Shown here: piece by piece, positions 10,294 to 21,100 of the stretch | How the letters are laid out: every line of letters begins with the position of its first letter | How positions within the stretch are numbered: the first letter of the stretch is position 1 | Source of the DNA: Mantamonas sphyraenae STR306 | Taxonomy: Eukaryota > Protista > CRuMs | NCBI GenBank assembly: GCA_026936335.1 | Contig: JAPMXV010000054.1 | Coordinates: forward strand, 186,001 to 250,000 | Direction: 5' to 3' | DNA: 64,000 nt | Translations under genes and position numbers: made by a program | The notes under the pieces: model-generated | Told to the model about the DNA's origin: nothing | What the model saw: the letters and a program-made list of their open reading frames with translations, nothing else | The model's database searches: none

Positions 10294-12306
10294 TCATTGT
10301 GTGTCGGCAATGCATTGGATGACACGCTCCATGACCTCGTCGGGAAGCGTCCACCACTCCGCAGTGGCGCTGTACGCTTCCATTCCGCCGGCGTCAAACA
10401 TGACGCCTCTCTCCTCGTCGTTCATGACCAATGCCACCTCCATGGCCTGGTCCACTTCTGCACTTGCCAAGAAGCGATGCCAGGGTCGCCGCCACGTTCT
10501 CCCTTCAATCGCGTTCACGTAAGGCCTTGCGCCCCACTGCAGCAGCAGCTCCACCGCTTCATCCTGTTGCTCGTCCATGGCCACCTGCAAGGCGCTGTTG
10601 TTCAAAAAGTGGTGGGTCGGACTGGCCTCGGCGGGGACGCCCCATTCGTGCAGTTCCCTCATCGTGTCGAGATCGCCGTGTTTGCAGGCGTCGACAAAGG
10701 CACGCGCCTTTTCTTCGTTTCGGCTGGTCAATTCAACCAGATTGTTCCGTGCTATGCGTGCCACGAACCAGAGGGCTGTGTTTGGGACACTGCACGCTCC
10801 CTGGACGATTGCATCGTCGCCTTCCTCTCCCCACTTGTTCATGAGGAGCACAAGCGTTTGAAGGCTCTTGTTCTTTGCCACAGCAGCACCCAAGGCGACG
10901 GCTCCCGAGTTGTGGATGTGGTTGTACTGGATGTGGAGCTGTAGGAGCCGGCACTGTGGATTTGCCAGCGCATCGGCCAGCGCCACGGCGCCCTCGTCGC
11001 CAATGAGGTTGGCACCCAGAGTGAGAACCATCAAGTTTGGGTTGTTGGCCACCTTTGCAGCCAGAGCCGCGGCGCCGACGTCGCCAATGCGGTCCTGGTT
11101 GAGATGGAGAGAGTGAAGGGGAGCGTTGTCGAGCAGGGATGCAAGGCCCACGGCGCCATCGTCGCCAATGTCATTGGTGACGAGAAAGAGAGACATCAAG
11201 GATGGGCTTGGGTGCTTGCCCAATGCCTCGGCCCCTTGGGAGCCAATGTTGCAAGCGGTGAGGTCGAGGCAGCGAAGGGAGTGATTCTGTTCCAGACCCA
11301 GAGCCAACCCGAGGGTGCCTTTGTCGCCAATGGGGTTGTTGTTCAGGTGCAAGCGATGCAAGGTGGTGTTTGTGGCCAGAGCATCGCCCAGGGCAGAGGC
11401 ACCGTCTGGGCCCACGTTGCACTGGCTGAGCCGCAGGGTGCGCATTCCGTCCAATGCATCCACCAAGGCAATGGTCCCGACGTCGCCCACGTCGCAGAAG
11501 CCCAGGTCGAGATTCGTCAGGCAAGGGTGCTTGGCAGCGAGGGCCTTTGCCAGTGCGACCACTCCCTGTGCACCGAGCGCATTGCCACTCAAGATGAGGG
11601 AGCTCAACGCGCTGTCGGCCAAGGGTTTGGCCATGGCCTCTGCGCAAGCGTCGTCCACAGAGTTGCGCGACAGATCGAGCTTGCGCAGGCGAGGGGTGAT
11701 GAGCGACGCCACCGCTTTGGGGTCTGACAGGCTGTTGCCTTCGACAACCAGCGTGTGCACAGACGAGCGATGCAGGGCGGATCCCAACGCAAGCGTGTCG
11801 TCGCTGGTCAGGGTGATGAACGACAGATAAAGCGTGTGGATGGAGGTGTTGGAGCACAAGGCGTCTGCTAGCGCAGGCACGTCTCCAAGCGAGTTGTAGC
11901 TCAGGTTGAGAGTGTGCAGTGTGTTGTTGCTCTCACCCAAGGCGGATGCCAGCGCACGCATGCCCTCGCTTCCCATCTTTGTGTTCTGCAGGGTCAGTTC
12001 TTGCAGCGATGAGTTTTCGCGAAGTGCGTTTGCCAGAGCCGTGACTCCCTCGTCGCCCACGCCGTTCTGGAGGCTCTCGAGCTTTGTGAGCGACGTGTTG
12101 TGTGTCAGCGCATCCGCTAGTGCGACGAAACCTGTGTCTCCAAAGTCATTGCTAGCGAGAGAGAGGCTGACAACCCTCGCGGTTGACACGGACAACGCCT
12201 GTGCCAGGAGCTTGAGGCCTTCGTCTCCGCCATCGTGGAATTGCGCATCCACATTTGTGAACGAAGGGTCGTCCTGGATCGACGATGCGAGATCTGCCAG
12301 CGACAT
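10294..12306 (-). CDS. RNI-like leucine-rich repeat protein with a C-terminal ankyrin-like region
   Basis: Many LxxLxLxxNxIGDxGAxALA repeats; C-terminal FVDACKHGDLDTMREL...ALQVAM..AVELLLQWGA; single 670-aa ORF. Confidence 0.85.
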   Translation of the reverse strand: MSLADLASSIQDDPSFTNVDAQFHDGGDEGLKLLAQALSVSTARVVSLSLASNDFGDTGFVALADALTHNTSLTKLESLQNGVGDEGVTALANALRENSSLQELTLQNTKMGSEGMRALASALGESNNTLHTLNLSYNSLGDVPALADALCSNTSIHTLYLSFITLTSDDTLALGSALHRSSVHTLVVEGNSLSDPKAVASLITPRLRKLDLSRNSVDDACAEAMAKPLADSALSSLILSGNALGAQGVVALAKALAAKHPCLTNLDLGFCDVGDVGTIALVDALDGMRTLRLSQCNVGPDGASALGDALATNTTLHRLHLNNNPIGDKGTLGLALGLEQNHSLRCLDLTACNIGSQGAEALGKHPSPSLMSLFLVTNDIGDDGAVGLASLLDNAPLHSLHLNQDRIGDVGAAALAAKVANNPNLMVLTLGANLIGDEGAVALADALANPQCRLLQLHIQYNHIHNSGAVALGAAVAKNKSLQTLVLLMNKWGEEGDDAIVQGACSVPNTALWFVARIARNNLVELTSRNEEKARAFVDACKHGDLDTMRELHEWGVPAEASPTHHFLNNSALQVAMDEQQDEAVELLLQWGARPYVNAIEGRTWRRPWHRFLASAEVDQAMEVALVMNDEERGVMFDAGGMEAYSATAEWWTLPDEVMERVIQCIADTQ

Positions 12307-12548
12307 GAAGGGTGTGTTTGGTTGTGGTTGGAGGCGGGAAGCGGGGTGGGTTTGTGCTGTGGCTCACATGAGGGGATGGGTGGTGGATGGATGCGTGGGA
12401 TGGGATGGTGGGTGGTCCACATTAGCACGGCGGTGGTGGATGAAGGAAACCATGTTGCGTGTGTTGAACCACACCAACAAACAACCCCCCCTTTTCTCAT
12501 CGTCTCAGAGAGACGACCATTCCCAAACAACCCCAACAACGCCATCCC

Positions 12549-13279
12549 ATGAAGATCCAGGTCGCTTTCATGCTGCTTGCTCTGCTGGCAACTCTGGCGT
12601 GGGCCGCAGAAACGTGCGTGCAGCATTGAACATGAAAGGAAAAAAGGGGGCCGCGCAGCGCAACTGACCTCTTTCTCCCGCCCCCCCGGTCCACACCACA
12701 CACAGAGAGACCTCGACAGAGGCAGGATCTGTGAACGAGGTGCAGTCAGAGGAGGATGGCTGGGCCATCATGGTCGACGACGCAAGTGAGGAGCAAGAGG
12801 AGGCCGTGGAAGACGATGGCGGCCTCAACAAGGGCCGCCACCTCCGCTTCCGCTTCCACAACGCCCCACGCCGTCGCAGCAACACACAGCAGCTCGTGGA
12901 TTTGTACAAGGGCATTGAAACGGACAAATGCCGAGAGTGGGCAGGTGCGCGACGATGCACGGTGCAGTTGCGCCGGTTCAGCCGCGATTGCCCGCCGAGC
13001 CTTGAGATGTTTTCCTCGCTGGCCCACGCGGTGAAGATGTGTCCCAACAACGCAAAGGTGCAGCACGCGTTTGCGTTTGCCAAGTCCCATTTTGCAAACT
13101 GCTTCTACCGGTGCAAGAAGGGCCACTACCGGGTGCAGGACGACGACGACGACGACTCGGACGAATCCGAGTCATCCGGAACCCTAACCGACATGGGTGT
13201 CAGTGACAACGATTCGGAGGCGGATGCTGAGCAGGACTTTGGTCTTTCGCGTTGGCATTGTTGCCTTGGTCTGTGCTGA
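12549..13279 (+). CDS. Secreted acidic Cys-rich protein, paralog 1 of a tandem trio (intron 12614-12705)
   Basis: Signal peptide MKIQVAFMLLALLATLAWA; a phase-2 GTGCGT..CACAG intron joins in frame to ORF 12731-13279; 6-Cys core; ends WHCCLGLC. Confidence 0.8.
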
Positions 13280-13353
13280 GCGTGTGTGTCTGCGATGGCG
13301 GGTTGAGACAAACGCTCCACAACCCTCGCAGAATCCGGCAACCCAAACCCAAA

Positions 13354-14206
13354 ATGAAGACTGCCATCCTGGTGCTCATTGCCATGCTTGTGTTTGCCAA
13401 CGCTGCCGAGGTTGCCGAAAAGGCTGTGTAAGTTTCATGATCTGATCACCTTGCACGCTGACAGGTCGAAGCGAAAAAAAAGGGAGGGTCCGCGCCGATC
13501 CTCACCTTCTCCTAAGCGAAAAACACACGCTGACACGCTACGTGGGCCTCGTGCACACACACACAGCGAGGCAGAGGCGGCGGAGATTGTGTCTGATGCA
13601 GAAAGCACAGCCGAGAAGGAGGAGACCCTGGAGCATGAGGCTGAGGAGCTGGAGAAGGAGCTGGAGGCCGACGCCGCGGATGATTCTGCAGAAGACGCCG
13701 AACTGGACCTGGAGGACGAGGAGGACGAGGAGGACTCTGACGATTCCGACGAGTCCAACGTCGAGGACTCGAGCGACAACAACACGGAGGACGATTCGGA
13801 CGATTCGGACGATTCGGATGTGGAGGAGAGCCGAGGCGGAAGCGGACGCACGGAGGCCGATTCGGACCCGGCCAACCGCCTGAACCAGATTGTGCACCAC
13901 ATGCAGCGCAGGTGCCCGGGTGCCCATGCTGTCAAGCACTGTGTGCGCAAGCTTACGAAGTACGTGGGACGTTGCCCGCCTCGAGTGACCTCCTTTTCGG
14001 CCATTGCCGAGGGCAAGGTTGCCTGCCCCAACGAACCCGCGGTCCGCTACGCATGGAACTTTGCCACCCGCATCTTCGGTCACTGCCAGTACGATTGCGT
14101 TGCAGACAGCGACGACAGCTCGTCGGACGAGGAGCAGGAGAAGGCTCAGGTGTCGGACAACGACAACGGCGGCAGCGGCTGGTGGTGCTGCTTCGGCCTC
14201 TGCTAA
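13354..14206 (+). CDS. Secreted acidic Cys-rich protein, paralog 2 (intron 13428-13566)
   Basis: Signal peptide MKTAILVLIAMLVFANA; phase-2 GTAAGT..CACAG intron; D/E-rich segment; 6-Cys core; ends WWCCFGLC. Confidence 0.8.
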
Positions 14207-14365
14207 GCGCATGAAGCCGTGCTAGGGCTGTACAACAGACAAAAGCAAAAGCAAAGTGAAGGGGGAAACAAAGGGAGAGAGGGGAAACAAGGGACGTCCC
14301 GTCAAGAGAGCGGAAGCGACGGCCTTGCCACACCAACCCCCAAAACAAACACCCCTTTTCTCAAC

Positions 14366-15194
14366 ATGCGCAAGTTCATGCATTCTGCTGTGCTTGCCGT
14401 GGCTCTCCTTCTTGCCGTCGTGTGTGTGTCGGCCGTCTCGTAGGTTTGCCGAGATTTTCAGCCCTTCCCCGTTTCCCGCTCCAGCCCTCTGCTCTCCCTT
14501 TTTTTTCACCCTTCTGACCCGTCCTGCGCCACACACGCACAGCGTGGAAGAGGAGGCGACGCCGCAAAACATCATGGCCACTGTGGACCACGCCATGGAC
14601 GCCCTTGCAGCTCACCATGAGGAGATGCACGTCGACCAGAGCGAACAAGAGGGCCAGCCGATTCTCGACTCGGACGCCTCGGATGCCTCTGACTCCTCTG
14701 CGTCGGCCTCTGAGGCCGAGCAGGACAGTGAGGACGAAAGCGACGTGGAAGACGCCATGCAAATGCGCAAGCTCAGCCGCCAGGAGGTTGCTCTGGACGA
14801 GAACCGTCCCGTGCGCACACGTACGCAGCGTCTGGAGATGATGTACGAGGCCATGAAGCGCAACTGCCCCGGCGTCCACGAAATCGACAGCTGCCTGCGC
14901 ACCCTGGAGTCTGCACTCACCTGCCCCTCCAACATCAAGACCTTCTCGGGCATCAAGTTTGCCCAGGACCACTGCAAGCATACGCTGCTGGCCAAGTACC
15001 TGCTGGAGTACGCTGCCACCTACTTTGCCGATTGCGCGTACAACTGCCCCGCTCCGGAAGGACACCGTGTGCAGGTGGAGGGCCCGCACAACGGCCGCGG
15101 CGAAATCCAAGATTCCGACCGCGACAGCGACATGGGCGGCAGCTCCTGGTGGTGCTGCTTCTGGCCCAACTGCAAGCGCCCGGGAAGCAAGTGA
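14366..15194 (+). CDS. Secreted acidic Cys-rich protein, paralog 3 (intron 14440-14542)
   Basis: Signal peptide MRKFMHSAVLAVALLLAVVCVSA; phase-2 GTAGGT..CACAG intron; 6-Cys core; ends WWCCFWPNCKRPGSK. Confidence 0.8.
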
Positions 15195-15220
15195 TTTGAA
15201 TGAAGTTTTCATCGGAGCGC

Positions 15221-16770
15221 TCACCCCTCCTCCTCTTCCAACAAGTCCAACGCGGCCTCCAGATCCCCACCCACCTGCACCGCCAATTGCTGAGCCTTGC
15301 TCAGGGGCACGCCAGAGTCCACCAGAGTCTGCACGGTGGCCTGGATGGCCAACGCCGTGTTTGCGTTCTGCGCTCTTCGCTCCTGGCCGCTGCCTCCTCC
15401 GCCCATTCCCTGGCTGCCCGTCGCCAATGTCGTCTTTGCATTTGTGGACAGCGAGGATGCGGATGATGGGGCAGAGGCACCCACGGACGAGGTGCTGGTG
15501 CTGGTGCTGGTGCTGGTGGTGCCCTCCTTCCGCAACTCATCCTCCAGCGTGGGTGGAAGCACCATTGTGAAGCCAGCTTTGCCAGGCGTCCCATTTGTCG
15601 AAGCAGACGACGACGGCGGTGCACTTTCGCCTGCTCGGCCCAACCTGTGACCTCGTCCTCCACCTGCACCTGCACCTGCACTCGCACCACCGGTATTCCC
15701 ACCACCACCTGTAAATCGGGCCAGGAAGCCACTCATCATACCGCCGCCGCCGCCGCTGCTGCCACCCCGTCCAGATTCCACATCATCATCATCGTCATCG
15801 TCGTTATGTCTGCCACGGTTCAGCACGCCCCCTTGCGCACCGTGGTCCGGGTCGACCACATACCCACTGCTGTGCTTGATGGGCGCCCACCATCCGTACG
15901 CTTCCACCTTGGCCACCGTCTCCTTGGAAAAGTACACCCAATCCAGTTTGCCGTAGCAGTGCAAATACGCCGCAAGGATGCCTGTCAGGTGGCCGATGAA
16001 CGACACATTGGGCATGATCAGCTGGATCAGTGCTAGCAGAGCCCATGGATAGTATCGGGTGGGCACGTCACACATGCCAAACACGCGCTGCGTGGGACTG
16101 CTGCTGTTGTGCACCTGCACCGTCAGCAGGCCAAACAACACCCCGCTGAACCCGATGCCACACTGCCACATGAAACCTGCGTAGCCCACCAACGCCGTCA
16201 CCAGGGCAATCGTAAAGTTGAGCAGATTCGACACAAGCGCAAACACAAAGATCAACTGCGTGAACCGCACCGTGCCCAATCGCCGCTCCAAATCCGGTCC
16301 CATCCCCTGGAACGCCATCATGTTCATCAAAATGTGCAGGATCCCGCCGTGCAGAAACGCAGACGTGATCAATCGGTACACTGTCACCACAGGCGAGCGA
16401 GTGAGCGCGCGCGGGCGTCAGTCCGGTGGGAAACGTTCCGCCGCCTGCTGGCAACCCCCGAACCCACGTTTTCCGCCTTTTCCACCGGCGCACCATTGCC
16501 AGCGACCCACACACACACACCCGGTCCATGGAACCACGCCATGTACTGTCCACTGTTGCACTCACCTTGCCACGGAGATTGTAGAATGGCCAGCGGCATC
16601 ATACAAAAGGCCCCGTTGTCTTGGCCCACCAACAACCCCATCACATAGATACCCACGCACCCCAGTGTGATGTATTTCGTCATGCACGTCATGCTAGACA
16701 GATAGCTGCCCAACCGTGCCTGCAAACCGCCTCCTCGTCCAGCATTCGACGACGACGATCCTGACGACAT
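15221..16770 (-). CDS. Rhomboid-family intramembrane serine protease (RHBDD1/RBL-like) with a C-terminal UBA domain (intron 16565-16381)
   Basis: YRLITSAFLHGGILHILMNM, GFSG catalytic Ser motif, SFIGHLTG catalytic His, C-terminal QTLVDSGVP..AQQLAVQVGGDLEAALDLL (UBA-like). Confidence 0.85.
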
Positions 16771-16916
16771 GCCCTTCCTCCCTTTTGGCCCCTACGACGC
16801 AACACCAACTTCCCCCCCCCCCACACACACACACCATACACAACCTCTACCTCCACCCGCCCCCCCTTTCCCTCCTTTTGTCTCTCACCCGGTTGCACCC
16901 GCAACACAATCCCACA

Positions 16917-18056
16917 ATGGCTTCCTGCAAGACTCTCTCCTTGCTCGCACTCTCCCTCGTGGCTGCCATCATCCTGCAGATCGCCTACCAGGCGGGTGAG
17001 ATGACCCCGCTTGAGCTCAGCGACCACGATGCCCACTGCTCCCACGTCTCCGGGTACGCAGGCCTCGAGGACGTCGAGGTCTCCACCACCCTCGGTGGCC
17101 GTGTCATCGTCTCTGCAGACCCCCACCGTTCCCTCTTTCTTGTCAACGGCCTCCTCGATTCGGATTCCGAACAGACAAAGATTGCTCGCATGACCAAGGA
17201 GCAGCAGGGTGCTCTGGGGCTGTTTGATCCCGCACACCCGGAAAAGGGCGTCCAGCCCTTTCCCACCACAGGCATTCCTCACCAGGACTTCCACCCGCAT
17301 GGAATCTCTGTCTTTGAGGCCGATGGTGCCCTGCGCGTCTTTGTGGTGAACCACATGCGCACTGGCGACGGCGTTGTTGTCCTCGACTACGACAAGGCTT
17401 CACACTCCCTGCGCTGGCACGCCACATACACCGCAGGCGACCTCGTGCACCTCAACGGTATTTTCCCCGTCAGTGCAGACGCTTACTTTGTCACGCGCTT
17501 CCACCACTACGCACCTGGCACTCCGATGCACATTCTCGAAACCTTTGGCCAGCAGCCATGGACCTCGGTGCTGTTCTGCCACCGCGACAACTGCACCACC
17601 GTCGCAGACAAGTTGCGCATGGCCAACGGTGTCCTTGCCACACGCGACACCCTCTACGTCGCCGACACCGTCTCCAAGAATGTGCACGTCTTTGACATCC
17701 AGTACCAGCCCAACGACAACGCAAACGATCCCACCCAGGCTCCACTCCTTTCCAACCGCCGCCTCGTCCCTCTGTCCCATGGCCCCGACAACATCAAACA
17801 AGACACCGACGGCTTCCTGTGGATCACCGGCCACCCGCGTCTCCTCACCTTTGTGCGCTACAGCAAGGACCCCGCCAAGCGCACCTCTCCCTTCACCGTC
17901 ACCAAGATGCACCCCACCACATTTGAAACCAAGGATGTGCTCGTCAGCAACGGCCAACGCTTCTCCGGCGCCTCCACCGCCGTCAAGCTCGGCAAGAATC
18001 TCCTCATCGGCGGCGTCTACCACGATGGCGCCTACCTGTGCCCGGAGGACGTATGA
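16917..18056 (+). CDS. Paraoxonase/arylesterase-like six-bladed beta-propeller hydrolase
   Basis: N-terminal hydrophobic anchor, GLEDV, FHPHGIS, FVVNH, MANGV, LYVAD, GPDNI, LWITGHP. Confidence 0.85.
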   Translation: MASCKTLSLLALSLVAAIILQIAYQAGEMTPLELSDHDAHCSHVSGYAGLEDVEVSTTLGGRVIVSADPHRSLFLVNGLLDSDSEQTKIARMTKEQQGALGLFDPAHPEKGVQPFPTTGIPHQDFHPHGISVFEADGALRVFVVNHMRTGDGVVVLDYDKASHSLRWHATYTAGDLVHLNGIFPVSADAYFVTRFHHYAPGTPMHILETFGQQPWTSVLFCHRDNCTTVADKLRMANGVLATRDTLYVADTVSKNVHVFDIQYQPNDNANDPTQAPLLSNRRLVPLSHGPDNIKQDTDGFLWITGHPRLLTFVRYSKDPAKRTSPFTVTKMHPTTFETKDVLVSNGQRFSGASTAVKLGKNLLIGGVYHDGAYLCPEDV

Positions 18057-18110
18057 AGTGCGAGTTGCACCCTTTCATTTGATGGAAAACAATCAACAAC
18101 CAAATCCTCA

Positions 18111-21100
18111 TCACCCTTCCTCCTCATCGTCCTTCCACACGTCTTGAAAGTCCAGCAAATCGGTAAACTTGTTGGGCACCATGGTCAAGTACCTGTCCAT
18201 GGCCCTGCGGAACCGCTCCTTGTAGTTCAACGGCGAGATCACAGTGGGCACTTTCCCTCCGCCGCCCATGATGCCTGCACTCTTGACCCACGTTTCCAGC
18301 TGCTTGTCCCACGTGTACTGCCGGATGTAGTCGATGATGCCCAGCACCAGCTCCCCGCTCTCGTCGTCCAGACCTACCACCAGCGAGTAGTCCATCACGT
18401 CCAACTGTGCCAAGAACAGCGAATCGTTCCACAGGCACATGCTGATGGCCCGCTTGCTGTTCTCACGCACCAGCAGCGGCGTGTTGTGGATGCTCTTGAT
18501 CAAGTTCTCATCCATCAGCACATCCGACTCGTCCGCATCCTTCACAAATCGTGAGCGCATCGACCCCTTCAGATCGTAGATGCGTGAGATCTGGTGGCCG
18601 TACCACAGGTTCTCCATCACCAGCACGTCCTGCTTAAACTCCTTCGCCCCGCTGCGGTACGAGATGCGGTACACACCCAAGATCTTCACCAGCATGGTCG
18701 GCAGACCCTCCATGAACGCCTTGCTCATGTACGCAAAGTAGTTGTCCGCAAACTCCAGGAACGACAGCAGCTCCACGCGATGCACTGCCTTGATCACAAA
18801 CCGGCCGTTCTTTGTCTTGAGAAACGTCGCGCCCGATTTGCCTCCTCCCGTGTCCCACTTGCTGCACCGTGCCAACGATTCCACGTACTCCTGCTCTCCA
18901 CCGCAGTAGATCTGTCGCAGCGCCTCAAATTGAGTGGCATAGTACACCGTGCAGTCGATCTTGGTCTTGCCCATCACCATGTCTGTCAGCTTCAGCCGGA
19001 TGTGGTTCCTCTCCTTGCTCAACAGCAGCGTCATGTTCTCCTCAGACACGTTTGGCGCACGGCCCTCAAACGGATTCCGACCAAACAGTTTGGCCGGCCC
19101 GATCCTGCTTTCCAACTGCTCGTCCGCACGTTGGATCATCATGTCTCCACCACCGCCTCCACGACTCATGTTGCTGTTGTGGTTGCTACTGCTGCTACTG
19201 CTGCTGCTGTTTCCACTCATCATCATCGCCTCTGCTGCATCCTGGCTTGTGCTTCCGCTGCTTCCTGCACTCTCGCTGGAAGACACACGCACACTCAACC
19301 GTGTGGCCTTGTCCTTGTCCTTGTCCTTGTCCTTGTCTGCGTCTCCTGCTCCCGACGCCTTGCTGTGGGCATCCAGAGCGCGTACCTTGCACTCCTGCGT
19401 CTTGTGGTGATACTCATTGGACGACAGCGCGTACGCAATCACAGAGCTCGGCTCGTCCTCGTACACAACCACCACTCGTCCTTGGTACCCCGGCGTCAAC
19501 AGCAGGTGCTCCGCACTCTCGTGCAACAGCTCCGCGTTCACAAAGTCCTCCAGCGAGCGTTTGCCCACCATCAGTCCCACCAGCGTCTGCAGGCCACTCA
19601 GCACCATCGAGCGGTACTCTCGATCCCGTCCGTTGCCACCGCTGCCTCCGCCACTGCCGCCGCCATTGCTGCCTCCGCCGCTGCCCTTGCCATTGCCTCC
19701 GTTTCCGCTTTGGTGCGCACTGTTGCCGCTGCTCCCGCGTGTTTCATCGTACACCGAATTGCTCACCTCTCCTTCTGTTGCCCACCCTGCCCTTGGGCCC
19801 TTGCCACTGCGCACGCTGACATCCTCCATCCCCGAGCTCCCTTCCTGGTGTCGGATCTCCACCGTCGTTGCCTTGTGCGATCGTGCCGCCTTTTCACGCG
19901 CCGCTTTCAACACCTCGTCTGTACCCTCACCCACCTCGTTGAATCCGTTCACACCCAAGCTGTTGCCTCCATTCGACTCCATCGATTCGTTGCGTCGTAG
20001 GATTCGCCGTCCCGTTTTGGCCAGCTTGTTGCGGATGCGTCCTCCTCCTCCGCCTCCACTGCGTTGCATGCTCGGCGACGCACTGCCTCCTCGGCTGTGG
20101 TCGAAGCCAGACGGAGAATGCGCGATATCCATCAGACTGGTGAAATCATCTCCTCCTCCTCCTCCTCCGCCGCCGCCGCCGCCACTTCCCCCTCCACCTT
20201 TTGCGTTCCCACCACCGCCAGAGTTTCCGCTGCCACCCACTGTCGAATCTGATCGCATGCCCGTCAACTCGCCAAACGACGTCAACGACGCCTCGTTGCC
20301 GCCGTCTCCCTCGTTGCCACTGTTCCCGTTTCGCTCTCGCTCTCGCGCACGTCTCTCTTGTTTCCTAGCACGTCGCTTTGCCTCCTCTTCCTCCGCCTCA
20401 TTCCTCAATTCCTTTCGCAGCCTCTTTCCACTCACCACATTGGCTTCCCTGTCTCCATCGCTGCTTCCATGGGTGTCCAACCCGCTCGCCGTGGATCCTG
20501 GCCTCATCTTCTTCATCACCTTGGCCGCCTTTGTGCCGAGGCCACTCGTGGCACGCAGCATGCGTTCCGTGCGTGACGTCCCACTGCCGCTCATCCCTAC
20601 TCCGGCCCCCAGCAGTGCCGCCATGCCGTCCTCTTCCTGCACTTCCACCAGACGAGGAAACACGCCCAGCTGCATGCGTTCGCTCGACACCTGCAACGCC
20701 TCTGTGTGATCGCGTGGCGATTGTGCCATCCAGTTGGGTCCCACCTCCAGCAGCTCCGCCTGCGGATCCAACTCGCCCAGCTGCAGGCTCAGTTTGCGGC
20801 GTGTGTGTGCTGCCACAGTGAGCGGCAACGACACGTAATGCCAGTGTCTCTCGCCTGCCATCTCCTCACCAGTCACAATGGAATCACGCCGCCCCGCAGA
20901 ACCCAGCATTGCTGCCGTCTTGGCCGCCGCCGTCGCCGCTGCTTTGGATTCGCTCGGTTCACCCACTCCCAGAATACTGTCCCACACCTGCAGCGACACA
21001 GGCACCTCCTCTGCAATGCGTCTGCTCGACGCCTCGCCCATGCCCAACACAGACTCTTTGCGAAAGCGTGGTGCACGGCCCAATAGCTGCGTCTGTGCCT

